Below, piece by piece: positions 1 to 11,440 of a DNA stretch of 64,000 nt; within the stretch, counting starts at the first letter, position 1, and each line of letters begins with the position of its first letter. Position numbers and translations under genes: made by a program. The DNA lies in contig JBHGNT010000011.1 in NCBI GenBank assembly GCA_043228905.1, forward strand, positions 9,362,001 to 9,426,000, given 5' to 3'. The notes under the pieces are model-generated. The model was not told where the DNA came from and ran no database searches. It was given only the letters and a program-made list of their open reading frames with translations. This DNA comes from Azolla caroliniana. Its lineage: Eukaryota > Plantae > Polypodiophyta.

Positions 1-2046
1 CATTTCGAACACATGCAGAGGGAGGGGTTGTTCCCTAATGCGGTAACCTTCATTTGTATCTTGAAGGCATGTGGAAGCATAGGAGCTATAGGTAAAGGAA
101 AGCAAATCCATGAGAAACTCATGAACCTTGGTCTTCTGGAGAAGGATGTTGTGCTCGGCACTGCTTTGGTGGATATGTATGCCAAATGCGGGAACCTTGC
201 AAAAGCACAAGAAGTGCTCGAAAAGCTTCCTGTTCGAGATGCAGTCACTTGGAATGCACTAATTACAGGGTATACCCAACAAGGACGGTATTGCCAAGCA
301 TTGGATTGTTTTGAATTGATGCAAAACGAGGGCCTATCTCCAGATGAAGTCACCTTTATTTGTATATTGAAAGCATGTGGAAGCACTAGAGCCATGGACA
401 AGGGAAAACAAATAAATGATGAGATTCGAAGAATGGGATTCCTATATAAGGATATTGCAATTGGCACTGCATTAGTTGATATGTATGCGAAATGTGGTGC
501 ACTTGCAAAAGCACGAGAAGTACTTGAAGGCCTTCCGAATCGAAATGTAGTCACTTGGTCAACATTAATTGAAGGATATACTCAACACGGGCAAGGTCAG
601 GAAGCAATCAAGTGTTTCGATCAGATGCATGATGAAGGCCACTTGCCAGATGCTATCACCTTCATTTGCATTCTAAAGGCATGTGGAAGCACAAGATCTA
701 TAGAGAAAGGCCAGAAAGTCCATGAGGAGGTTGTAAGTAGGGGGTTTTTAGACAAGGATGTGGCACTCGCCACTGCATTGATAGATATGTATGCCAAATG
801 TGGCATGCTGGCTAAAGCACAACTAATATTGGAAGAGCTTCATATTCGAGACAGTGTTACCTGGAATGCTATCATTGGAGGCCATGTCCAAGAGGGGCAA
901 GGTCACAAAGCAGTAGAATGTTTTGAGAGGATGCAAAGTGAGGGCCATTCTCCGAATGCAATTACTTTTCTTTCCTTATTGAAGGCTTGTTGCATTACCA
1001 AAGACATTGACAAGGGGAAACAAATTCACAGAGAGATTGTGAGTAAAGGATTGTTGAAGAAAGATATTGTGCTCGGTAATGCTTTGGTTGATATGTATGC
1101 TCAATGTGGTATGCTTATAGAGGCACAAAAAGTGCTTCAAGAACTTCCTATTCGAGACATAGTTTCATGGAATTCACTAATTTCTGGTTATGCTCAGCAA
1201 GGTCAGGGTCATGAAGCTCTAAGCTGTTTAGAATTGATGGAGATTGAGGGCCTCCTTGCTGATAACATCACGTATCTTTCTATCCTAAAATCATGTGGGT
1301 GTACAGGTTCAATAGACAAGGGCAAACACATTCATGATGACATTGTGAGGAAGGGTTTGTTAAAGAATAATAGCATGCTTGGAAATGCTTTGGTGGGTAT
1401 GTATGCCAAATGTGGTATCCTTACAAAAGCACAAAAACTTTTAGAAGAGTTTAGCATAAGGAACATAGTGTCTTGGAATACATTAATTGCAGGGTATGCA
1501 CAAGAAGGGCAAGGCCAAGAGGCACTGAAATGTTTCCAACAATTGAAACTTGGGGGTCTTTCTCCTAATGAAGTTACACTCTTGTCTATTTTGACGGCAT
1601 GCAGCCACGCTGGACTCTTAGATGAGGCCCAAGTGCTTTTGACAGAAATGATGACGAAATATGGAATTAGTCCGAATGTGGAGCACCATACTTGCATGGT
1701 ATTTGCCTATGGAAATGCGGGTTTGTTTCATGAGGCAATGTTGGTGATTAAGGCAATGCCATCGGATTATCCTGTAGTTTGGATTGTACTGCTTGGTGCT
1801 TGTAGAAAGTGGGGAAATGTGGTCCTTGGAAAATTGGCATTTGATCAGGTGTTGCAACTTGATGATAGTGCTACTGCGGCTTATATCCTAATGGCTGAAA
1901 TTTTTGCAGCTGCTGGCATGCAAAAAGATGCAGTGAAGGTCGAATCCATGAGACCAAAAATATGCTCTTTGAAAGAGGCAAGAGAAGCATGTGTGGGAAG
2001 ATTCAAGCAACAACGTGAAACTGGTTTTCTAATGAAAGTAAGATAA
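1..2046 (+). CDS. PLS-class pentatricopeptide repeat (PPR) protein, E-subgroup, organellar RNA-editing factor type; 5' part lies outside the window
   Basis: Repeating P-L-S triplets (VTWNALITGY.. / VTFICILKACG.. / VLGTALVDMYAKCG..) followed by an E-type region (W..LLGACRKWGN..YILMAEIFAAAG). No DYW domain. The frame is open back to base 1 (CAT TTC GAA CAC ATG). Confidence 0.93.
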   Translation, partial: HFEHMQREGLFPNAVTFICILKACGSIGAIGKGKQIHEKLMNLGLLEKDVVLGTALVDMYAKCGNLAKAQEVLEKLPVRDAVTWNALITGYTQQGRYCQALDCFELMQNEGLSPDEVTFICILKACGSTRAMDKGKQINDEIRRMGFLYKDIAIGTALVDMYAKCGALAKAREVLEGLPNRNVVTWSTLIEGYTQHGQGQEAIKCFDQMHDEGHLPDAITFICILKACGSTRSIEKGQKVHEEVVSRGFLDKDVALATALIDMYAKCGMLAKAQLILEELHIRDSVTWNAIIGGHVQEGQGHKAVECFERMQSEGHSPNAITFLSLLKACCITKDIDKGKQIHREIVSKGLLKKDIVLGNALVDMYAQCGMLIEAQKVLQELPIRDIVSWNSLISGYAQQGQGHEALSCLELMEIEGLLADNITYLSILKSCGCTGSIDKGKHIHDDIVRKGLLKNNSMLGNALVGMYAKCGILTKAQKLLEEFSIRNIVSWNTLIAGYAQEGQGQEALKCFQQLKLGGLSPNEVTLLSILTACSHAGLLDEAQVLLTEMMTKYGISPNVEHHTCMVFAYGNAGLFHEAMLVIKAMPSDYPVVWIVLLGACRKWGNVVLGKLAFDQVLQLDDSATAAYILMAEIFAAAGMQKDAVKVESMRPKICSLKEAREACVGRFKQQRETGFLMKVR

Positions 2047-2197
2047 GTGTATGCATGTATGTTTTAAGTGTATTACAAAAAAGAAAAATGTATATATCAA
2101 AAGAACATTTTGGAAGTATGCGACAAATTGATCAATTTTAAAAGCATATTGACAAATGAAGAACTTGTGCAAAAATACAACACTACGATATTATATG

Positions 2198-2710
2198 TAG
2201 TAATGGGCACGGTTTTTGTTCAAACCGAACTGAACCGTTAAGCCATGGTTTAACGGTTTATTGGTTCCAAAATATTTTAATGGTTTGGATTTAGGATAAA
2301 CGGTTTGGTTTTAAAACTCAGGTTTATAGGTTTTTTGTTATCATTTTTTTTGCCTTAATAATTTATCGATTTAATGGTTTAATTAAAGTTTCTTTTATTG
2401 ATTTAATAAATTGAACTTAAATGTTTATTTAATTTAATGTGTTTTTGTTTATTTAGATGTTTAATTAGTTTTGACTTAAATGGTTAGGTTTAAATTTTAT
2501 ATCAAATGGTTAAGTTTAAATTTTTTATCAAATGGTTAGGTTTGGCTTCAACTTTTCTGTAAATGGTTTGGCTTCAACTTTTTCTTAAATGGTTTGGTTT
2601 AAATACTGAGAGTCCATAAACGGTTTGGTTTGGTTTTTGTTTTAAATAAATGGTTTGGTTTTGGTTCAACTCGGTTTCTTTGCCTTGAAACCGAATCATG
2701 CCCATTGCTA
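2198..2710. mobile_element. hAT-type MITE (513 bp, non-autonomous)
   Basis: Imperfect TIRs TAGTAATGGGCACGGTT / AATCATGCCCATTGCTA; perfect 8-bp TSD ATTATATG (2190-2197, 2711-2718); AT-rich body with many (A)AACCG/GGTTT subterminal motifs. Confidence 0.88.
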
Positions 2711-3114
2711 ATTATATGCAATTAATTTTTAGAATGTTAAGAAAAAAAAAGCCTACAGTTGTACTGATTGTTGAGAATCAAGTGGGTTCCAAGGGTGTAG
2801 ATTCTTATGGCAAACAAGAATTAGTAGAATCAATTGTAATGTGTATCTCATTCACTGTCTCTCAACTCAAACTCTTGTCCATTGTGAAGAATGGTCTCAA
2901 AAATGTGTTATTTCTAGGGTTTCTATGTTCAAGGTATTTCACAACAAATTTTCTCATAGTTATCATGCAATGTAGTACAATTGACCACAAAATCCATCAT
3001 CTTCTTCATTCTCACTAATGAGATTGGCCTCAAAATTCTCTAGAAATTATCATCAATGTGCCAATTACCTTCATTATAATTTACACATTTGATATTAACC
3101 TCTATGTCCCATGA

Positions 3115-3474
3115 TGTAATGTTCATTGGTTTAGACGTGCTTATTTGGGGGCTATCATACTGTAATATTTGAGTCGTCAGCTTTATTGGACTGACCTAAT
3201 GTAGATGTCATTACATGGCCTAAGTCTTATAAATAGGGCATACTCTCCTTAGTTAGGCAGAGCCCCATTAGTGGTTCTAACGAAGCTCTCTTTAATGTGG
3301 ACTAGTCATCTACCAAGGTCCTGACGTGGAGATCCTGGCTGGTATGGGACAGATCGGGATTCCTCGTCTGTGTTGTCGACTCTAGCGCGGGGGCGGGTGG
3401 GTGGTAACGCGTATTTTCAGTATGATTGTGTCATTTATATCTTTATTTTAGGATTAATGATCTTGGTTATTACA
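3115..3474 (+). repeat. 5' LTR of outer Ty3/gypsy
   Basis: Matches 30092-30486 except for a ~35-bp deletion; TGTAAT...ATTACA termini. Confidence 0.9.
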
Positions 3475-3476
3475 TA

Positions 3477-3488
3477 TGGTATCAAAGC
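3477..3488 (+). promoter_or_regulatory. Primer-binding site (tRNA-iMet type)
   Basis: TGGTATCAAAGC, one mismatch from the canonical TGGTATCAGAGC, 2 nt after the LTR. Confidence 0.8.
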
Positions 3489-6400
3489 GGTTTTAACCCT
3501 AAAAATATAATGTTTGATTGGATTCGCGTTGTGTGCCTTAGTATGGGAAAATATGATTATTTATTTATTTATGTACTAATGTATGTTTAATGATGGATTG
3601 GGGAAGTGTCGAAAACGCCACGGAGATTCCGTGTGGGGATGATATGTTGATGTGCGGTTTATTGTAGGGGGTTCTGTATAATAAATATATTAAGGTTTTG
3701 ACATGGACCTTATCATAACAAGATTTGTGTGATGGGTTGGTTAATGGATTCTTGTTATAACCTTAAAAGAAAAGGCTTTGAGTTTGATCCACTGATGCAC
3801 AAAAAAAAAATCAAGGGGTTTAAAAAGGGAGAGGAAAGTTTTATAAAATTATTGTTATTATTATTATGTGTTTGTTTACGTTAAGATATTTAATATATAT
3901 TTATTAAAATAAAAGCACCTTAAAATATACTTATATTTTATTTTTCGTATACCCCTCTTGATCTGATGGCCATGCCCATGAGGCAGCCTTACGTGTGGAG
4001 ATCACATCTCTAGAGGTCGGCCACCTAATATGCTATAGGTGATGCTTGATCATCTAATATTTCGATGAATTAATTGATGATCACCATATATATGGATAAT
4101 GTTCATTGTTAATCAATTTTATTATTGGCCCAAAGAACTGGGGTGATGATCGTTGAATGTCGATAATCAATTGATCATCGACCCTAAGGTTTATTTGAAT
4201 GGCCACAATCATCCATCACCACGAGTGCACGTTAATTACGCAATGATGAATGGATAAACCATAGATCATTAGTGTTTATGGATGGATTATATGGATGATT
4301 AAATAGTTGATTATAAGGATGATAACATAATTATATGGATAAGATCATCATCATTTATTAATCGATACGAAGGAGAGAGATAAGAGAAGAAATTAATGTT
4401 TGAGAGGGGATCATGAGTATGAGATGAATAGGAGGAATATGGGGATGATGAGTGAAGAGATCATCATTATTGGGATGATCATCATCATCGTTTGGTTAGT
4501 ATAGTTATTCTCAAGGAAGTCACCTACTATCCCCACCGACTTCCAAAAAGGGGATGTTTATCTCTAAAATCTATACTAGGAATTCTCATAACTAAAAAGG
4601 CAGAATTTCCTAGTTTGGAAGCATTCAAGAGATTAACCTTAGAGAGTTGGTGATTGACTAATCCTCACTGACTTTCTAAAAGGGTATTGCTCCTAATGTC
4701 TAATCTTGGAATCCCTATAGATGAAAAGGGGATAATAAATGCCTAAATTGGACATATCTAGGGGAATCTTTATTACTCAGAGACTTGAGAAAATAGGGTA
4801 TATAAGTATATACCCATTCTCTCATGATCTATCACTCTTCATTTCCTCATCCAAATTCTAAAGTCTTTTATAACACTTTAGTACTTTAGACTTTAGTATA
4901 GTTATTTCTTTACTCTCTCACCTCTCCTTATTTTTTATGGCTTCCTCCTCTCGCAATTCCGCACATCACACATCTCCCAACCATTGAAGTTTTTCGACAC
5001 ATCCCACATCTCCCACCCATCAAGGTCATCCAATTTCTCCGATGCGAGATGAGGATGATCGACCAATATCTCCGGTCCATGACGAGGATATTAATGACGA
5101 TATTGAATTCGTCACGAGTGATGCTTTCTGTAAAACGCAAGATGATATTGTCAAGTCAATGACAATGGTCACAAGTGCGTTCCTCCAAACTTGAAGGGCT
5201 TCTTGATGCCAATAAGCATCAGTTTAAAAACCTTCAACAACAAATTTTGGAGTTAGAGGCACACGCTTCCACGTCAAGCAATACGAAGAAGCCTTCATTT
5301 ACTCCTCGAGAGTGGGAAAAACCAGCAAAAGGGGGGGTCAAAATGTGCATGTGCAATGTGTGTGCACACAAAGGCAATTAATTGTGCACATGCAAAAGAA
5401 AAGGGAAAAGAAAGGGTGGAAAGGATGTATAGAAGCTCGTGTAAAAAGTAAGCGAGAGGAGAGATAAAAAGTAGAGGGGAGACATGCTATGAATTTCTAG
5501 AGATAGAATTATATATTATATAAGAGAGAGTTAATGGACTAGTGGATAGTCACATTGACCTCTAACTAGAGGTGCATGGTTCAAATTTGGTCTTACAATG
5601 TAGTGTGATTTAAGGAATTTTATTCCTTTTGTATTGAAGACAAAATTGCCCCCTTCTTTTTTTCCTATAAAAGGAGGTCGAGGGGGGCTCATTTGGGAGG
5701 ACGTTTTGGGAGGAGGAGAATATCGCCATTTTTCCTTCAGAGCACTTCATCTTTATCTTCACCACTTCTCTTCCTCTCATACCCCTTCATCCCCTCATCG
5801 CCACGTGCTCGTCTTCTTCGCGTTGGCACTCGAAGTGCTCGTGAGCCCGAGCTTCATTGGTTCGCCCAGTTTGTCGTTGTGAGCCCGTGTGCTCGCCGTT
5901 CGGGTGGTCGTGGTTCGTTGGGGTCGGCATTTTTGTGGTGCTCATGTGTTCGTCTTCGTCGTGTTCGGATTTGCTTGTCTCTAAGGGCATTTAATATTTA
6001 TGTTTTGTTGAGCTTGTGGTTAACTATAAGTTGCCACATTGTAATCAAACCCTATTTTATAAAGGATCCTCTTGCGTTGGAATCGAACAAGTATTTATTT
6101 CTTTAACCAATATCATTCGTGCTTTTCTTTCTTTGTTCTCGTCCACTTGTACGTTCGGCCGTCTTGTGATGAGGGAGCGTTTCGAGCGTGCCCATGCACC
6201 TCTCCTCCTCATAAAGGCGTACGAGCATTTTGTGCGTGTGTTTGTGTCTTCCTCGTACGTTTGGCTGTCTTGGGACGAGGGAGCTGTCATGATATGGCAA
6301 GACTCGAACCCATGACCTTATACTACATGGGGCGAGCTCTTGACCATTAGACTATACATTGTAATACATAGAATATTATTTTCATTTATGTTTTATTATA

Positions 6401-6787
6401 GAAAATTGATGTATATTCCAGATTTCTCTGGAACATTCTAGAAACTTGAGGAGTATTCCTTAGAACACTATAAAAGGAGGCACAAGGCATTATTTCGAAC
6501 CAAATCGGTTCAACGTTAGTCTTAAGCTTCTTAGCTACTGTACATTTTCTTCACATAATATATATCTTTTCTTATCATCACTCTCTCTCTCTCTCGATCT
6601 CTCTCTCTCTCCCTCTCACTCACTTTTTCCTTCTCTCGAGAGTTCTTCACCTCTCTTAGTACTAATACTTCTTTTAGTACTAATTCCTTCTCTGTCTTAG
6701 TACTGTTCCTGACAGTTTGAACTGATTTCCCTACCTTCTGTCTCTCTCATTTCCTACTAATCTCTTATTCCTCTTTTCTTTCATCCC

Positions 6788-7939
6788 ATGGCCATTGTTA
6801 GCGCTGAAGAATATCAATATGTTTTCTCGGAATTTCAATGCTTGAAAGAGAAGTTCCATGCTTTGGAACAAGAAAACCAACGGTTGCTGGGGGATCTTCA
6901 GCAAATCTCCTTAGAAAAGCAGCAAATGCAACAACAACATGGGGAACTTGCGTTACGCGTGCAACAACTCGAAGCAACCATCGTAGCGATGCAACAACAA
7001 GGGCCCGGAACACAAGGGATTCATAAAGAACCCAAGATTGGCCTTCCCACGAAGTTCGATGGAACGCGATCGCAGTGTAGAGGGTTCCTTAACCAGGTAC
7101 GATTAGTTATTCAAATGCATCCTTCCCGGTATCTCACCGATGCATCACGAGTGGGTTTCGTAGGCACTTTGTTAAGTGGCTCAGCGTTGGCATGGTTCGC
7201 TCCACTATTAGAAAAGGAATCCCCGTTACTCAACAATTTTGAAGAGTTTCTAGGTGAGTTTAAAGCATGTTTCGGAGATACTGACAGCATCAGGACTGCA
7301 ATTAACAAAATTCGGCGATTACGCCAAGGTGACCGTCCAGCCTCCGCATATGCTGCAGATTTTCTCCTACTTGCCGCCGATATCCCTTGGGATGATCAAG
7401 CGTTGATGGAGCAATTCTGTTATGGTTTACGCAACGACGTCAAGGATTTACTCTTGACCTTCCCCGAAGAGCCAAAGTCCTTAACAGAAGCAATCAGTCG
7501 CGCGGTGAGATGTGACAACCGCCTCTTTGAGCGACGTTCGAAACGACAACTACGGATGCTGAGGGCAAGATCAGAGCCCACCTACGCCTCAGTGGTAGCA
7601 AGACCTTTTCCGAGGGAGTCATATAATGCGCCTCCAAAGAATACTCCGACTCCGATGGAGATTGACACTGCACGTCGTCGAGGGCCATTATCCGAAGAAG
7701 AAAAGCAGCGATGCCGTACAAATCGACTATGTCTTTATTGCGGTGGACCAGGACATATTGCAATAAATTGCCCCCATAGGCCAAGAAGACAGGTAAACCA
7801 AATAGTCGCTAGTTCTAATTGTACTAAACCCGAGCCTATTTCAGTAGGGATATCTGATAGTCCTAATAGTACTAATAGCCCAGATCTAGCAAACAGATTT
7901 GATGTCCTTAGTCAGTTAGAAGAAGAGTTAAACGACTAA
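6788..7939 (+). CDS. gag: Retrotransposon Gag (coiled coil, capsid, CCHC zinc knuckle)
   Basis: PTKFDGTRSQCRGFL, LRQG..Y..F, PTPMEID, CLYCGGPGHIAINC. Confidence 0.9.
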   Translation: MAIVSAEEYQYVFSEFQCLKEKFHALEQENQRLLGDLQQISLEKQQMQQQHGELALRVQQLEATIVAMQQQGPGTQGIHKEPKIGLPTKFDGTRSQCRGFLNQVRLVIQMHPSRYLTDASRVGFVGTLLSGSALAWFAPLLEKESPLLNNFEEFLGEFKACFGDTDSIRTAINKIRRLRQGDRPASAYAADFLLLAADIPWDDQALMEQFCYGLRNDVKDLLLTFPEEPKSLTEAISRAVRCDNRLFERRSKRQLRMLRARSEPTYASVVARPFPRESYNAPPKNTPTPMEIDTARRRGPLSEEEKQRCRTNRLCLYCGGPGHIAINCPHRPRRQVNQIVASSNCTKPEPISVGISDSPNSTNSPDLANRFDVLSQLEEELND

Positions 7940-10900
7940 GTCCAGCCAAAATAGGAGCCGTTTGGTTGGACAGCCCTAGATCTGTGCAGCCCATTAGTGG
8001 TTCCATTCCCTCTAAGCAAGTTAGTGATGTGTTCGTAGCCCAAGTAATAGTTAGTACTAAAAGTACCCCTCCAGTACATGTCCTAGAACTCCTAGATTCC
8101 GGAGCTAACTCTTGCTTTATGGATAAGAAATTTGCTCAAGCTCATAAGATATCCCTAAGAAAACTCCAGTGTCCAGCCTCTGTAGTAGTCATTGATGGAC
8201 ATCCCATTGCTTCTGGAAATATCATAGAAGAGTCAGAGCCCATTAATATTGTCCTAGATAACTTAGCATGTGTAGTATCATTTAATATTATTAGTATCCC
8301 AGAACATCCCATAGTTTTAGGATTACCGTGGTTCGAGTTACATAACCCCGACATAGATTGGAGAACAAGAGAAATCCGGTGTCAACAAACCCAAGGGTCA
8401 ACTCAGAAGATGGCAACCATTTCGCTATGTCAGTTGCGTAAAGAAGGGCACAAGGAGGAAATGTTCCTCTTTGCAATATCAGTAAACCACTCCAGCACCA
8501 CTAAAGAAGGATCCACCGTTCAACTTCCCGAGAAGTATCGTCATTACGCCGATGTGTTCGATAAAGTACAAGCCAACACACTTCCTCATCATCGACCGTA
8601 CGATTGCCCCATCGATTTACAACCGGGAGAAGAGCAGCCATGGGGACCAATCTACAATTTGTCACCAACCGAGCTGGAAGTCCTTCGGGCCTATATAGAG
8701 GAGAATTTGGAAAATGGTTTCATCCGGCATTCGAAATCTCCAGCCGGCGTGCCCATTTTCTTCGTCAAGAAAAAGGATGGAACGCTTCGTCTTGTTGTAG
8801 ATTACCGTCTTGTTGTAGATTATCTCAAGTCTTTTAGAACGGATCAATGGTGCCAGGTTCTTCACGAAGATCGACTTACGGGGAGCATATAACCTCATAC
8901 GGATCCGACCAGGAGACGAATGGAAGACCGCGTTTCGCACCAGATATGGGCACTTCGAGTATACGGTCATGCCGTTCGGCCTCACTAATGCACCGACAGT
9001 CTTCCAGCACATGGCTAATGATATATTCCGAGATCTATTGGATGATTGTTTGATCATCTATTTGGATGATCTACTGGTTTATTCAAAGACCCAAGAAGAA
9101 CATGATTCTCATGTACTATTAGTACTAAAATGACTTCGAGAACATGGTCTGTATGCAAAGCTGGAAAAATGTAGTTTCGGGTGCAACCAAGTGGAATTTC
9201 TCGGCTACATCATTTCGTTAGAAGGCATGTCCATGGACCCAGCTAAGGTCAAAACGATGGTAGAATGGCAGACTCCACGTTCGGTGCGGGATGTGCAATG
9301 CTTCCTAGGCTTTGCCAATTTTTACCGGAAGTTCATACAAGATTACTCAAAGATCGTTCTACCTCTCACACAACTTACCAGGAAGGGACAACCGTTCATT
9401 TGGTCTGAAGAAACAGATGTGGCTTTCGAGAGTCTTAAAAAGGCATTTACATCGGCTCCAATTCTAGCTCATGTCGATCCGGAAAAACCATTTATTATCG
9501 AAGCTGACGCATCGGATTTTGCATTGGGGAGCATTCTGTCACAATAGGGGAATGATGAGAAGCTACATCCTGTGGCTTTTCACTCACGCAAGTTTGACGC
9601 CGCCGAAATCAACTACGAAATTCATGATAAGGAGCTATTGGCAATAGTGGATTCTTTTATGCAATGGAGGCATTTTCTGGAGGGATCCTCTCATCCGGTC
9701 ACCGTATTTAGTGACCACAAGAACCTTGCCTACTTTCAGGATGCTCGTGTGTTGAATTGACGTCAAGCTCGGTGGGCCCACTTCCTCACGCGTTTCGACT
9801 TCAAAATTACATATCGTCCGAGGAAGCACCAAGGGAAGGCAGATGCATTATCACGGTGTTTGTATCTAGCACCCCGTCCCGGCGAGCCAACTTTCGATAA
9901 CCAAAAACAAGTCATCTTGGGACCGGCACGACTACAAGCAACAAAGATCTTTGACATGCCCATGGATTCCCGCGTTATCGATACCATACGCAAAGACTTG
10001 AAGACAAATGGGTTCACCCAAGCTATACTAGCACAAATTGATCCCTCTCGAGCGTCGTGTTCACAGTCGCAACCACCAGGTACGGACTATCGGTAATTCA
10101 AATACCATGATGGATTACTCTTCTTTAAAGAACTTTTGTATGTTCCTAATGGTTCTTGCCGCCTTCAAGTAGTACAAAACTGTCATGACACATATACAGC
10201 TGGGCATTTTGGTAGTACTAAAACACTACATTTAGTACAACGATCATTCTGGTGGCCCTGTATGCGACAATTTGTCAAGGATTTTGTTCGGACTTGTGAT
10301 ACATGCTTTAGAGCGAAAATGCCAAGGCATCATCCATATGGTTTATTAGAACCATTGCCAATTCCAAGCAAGCCGTGGCAATCCATTGCTCTAGACTTCA
10401 TCACAGATCTTCCAGTCTCTAAGGGGTTCAATCCGATTCTAACGGTGGTCGATCGATATACGAAGATGGCTCATTTCTTGCCATGTACTAAGGAGATCTC
10501 CAGTGAAGACACTGCCGTAATTGTCATGCGTGAAGTATTTCGGCATCATGGACTTCCCGATAGTATCATCAGCGACCGCGGACCCTAGTTCGTGTCAAAA
10601 TTCTGGAAGCACCTTTTTAACATGCTCAAGGTCACTTGTAACCTCTCCTCCGGCTACCACCCACAAACCGACGGCCAAGCTGAACGAACCAATCAAACGC
10701 TGGAGCAGTATCTGCGGTGCTTTCTCAGCTATCATCAGGATGACTGGGCAGATATTCTCCACTTTGCCGAATTTGCCTATAACAACTCTATCCACGCATC
10801 CACTAAAGTTACGCCATTTTATGCTTATACGGGATGTCACCCCCGATGGTGTGTACTTGAAACCCCAGAGGTGTCCACAAATCCTTGCGCAGAGGATCGT

Positions 10901-11440
10901 TTGGAGAGGTTATGCAAGATACAAGCGGATTTAGCTACTCATCTCCAACAAGCTCAACAAACACAGAAGGTTTATGCGGATCGTCATCGACTCCCATCTA
11001 GTTTTAAAATTGGAGATCGGGTATGGCTACTCCGACGACACATCAAAACTACTCGCCCATGCGAGAAGTTGGATTATCGGCGATTAGGTCCTTTTCGTAT
11101 TATCGGAAAGATTAATGATGTCACTTTTCGTCTTGATCTACCTCCACAACTTCGGATACATCCCGTGTTTCATAGTTCTCTCCTCGAACCCTATCAAGAA
11201 AGCACCATCCCCGGACGTATTACACAGCCTCCACCCCCGATCGAGCTTGAAGATGGACCTGAGTACGAGGTTGCCGCCATCCTTGATTCCAAGCTTGTTC
11301 GCAACAAGCTCTACTATCTAGTCGACTGGCTAGGATATAGTCCCAGCGAGCGTACTTGGGAACCGATAGAGAATGTCACCAATGCTCGTGCTCTTCTTGA
11401 AGACTTCCATCGTCAATATCCAGACAAACCGGGTCCTTAA
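7940..11440 (+). pseudogene. pol: pol (protease-RT-RNase H-integrase-chromodomain), disrupted
   Basis: LLDSGA protease, YLDD RT, EADASD RNase H, HHCC/GPF integrase, YEVAAILDS..YLVDWLGY chromodomain. Frameshift at ~8790-8825 and in-frame stops near 9131, 9545, 9758, 10094, 10586. Confidence 0.9.

Noticed and set aside
4928-6106. Short ORFs in the outer element's leader
   Set aside because: No recognisable motifs; cannot be supported as genes.
6291-6358. Functional tRNA gene
   Set aside because: A and B boxes are present but there is no convincing acceptor or anticodon stem; reported only as a tRNA-like module.
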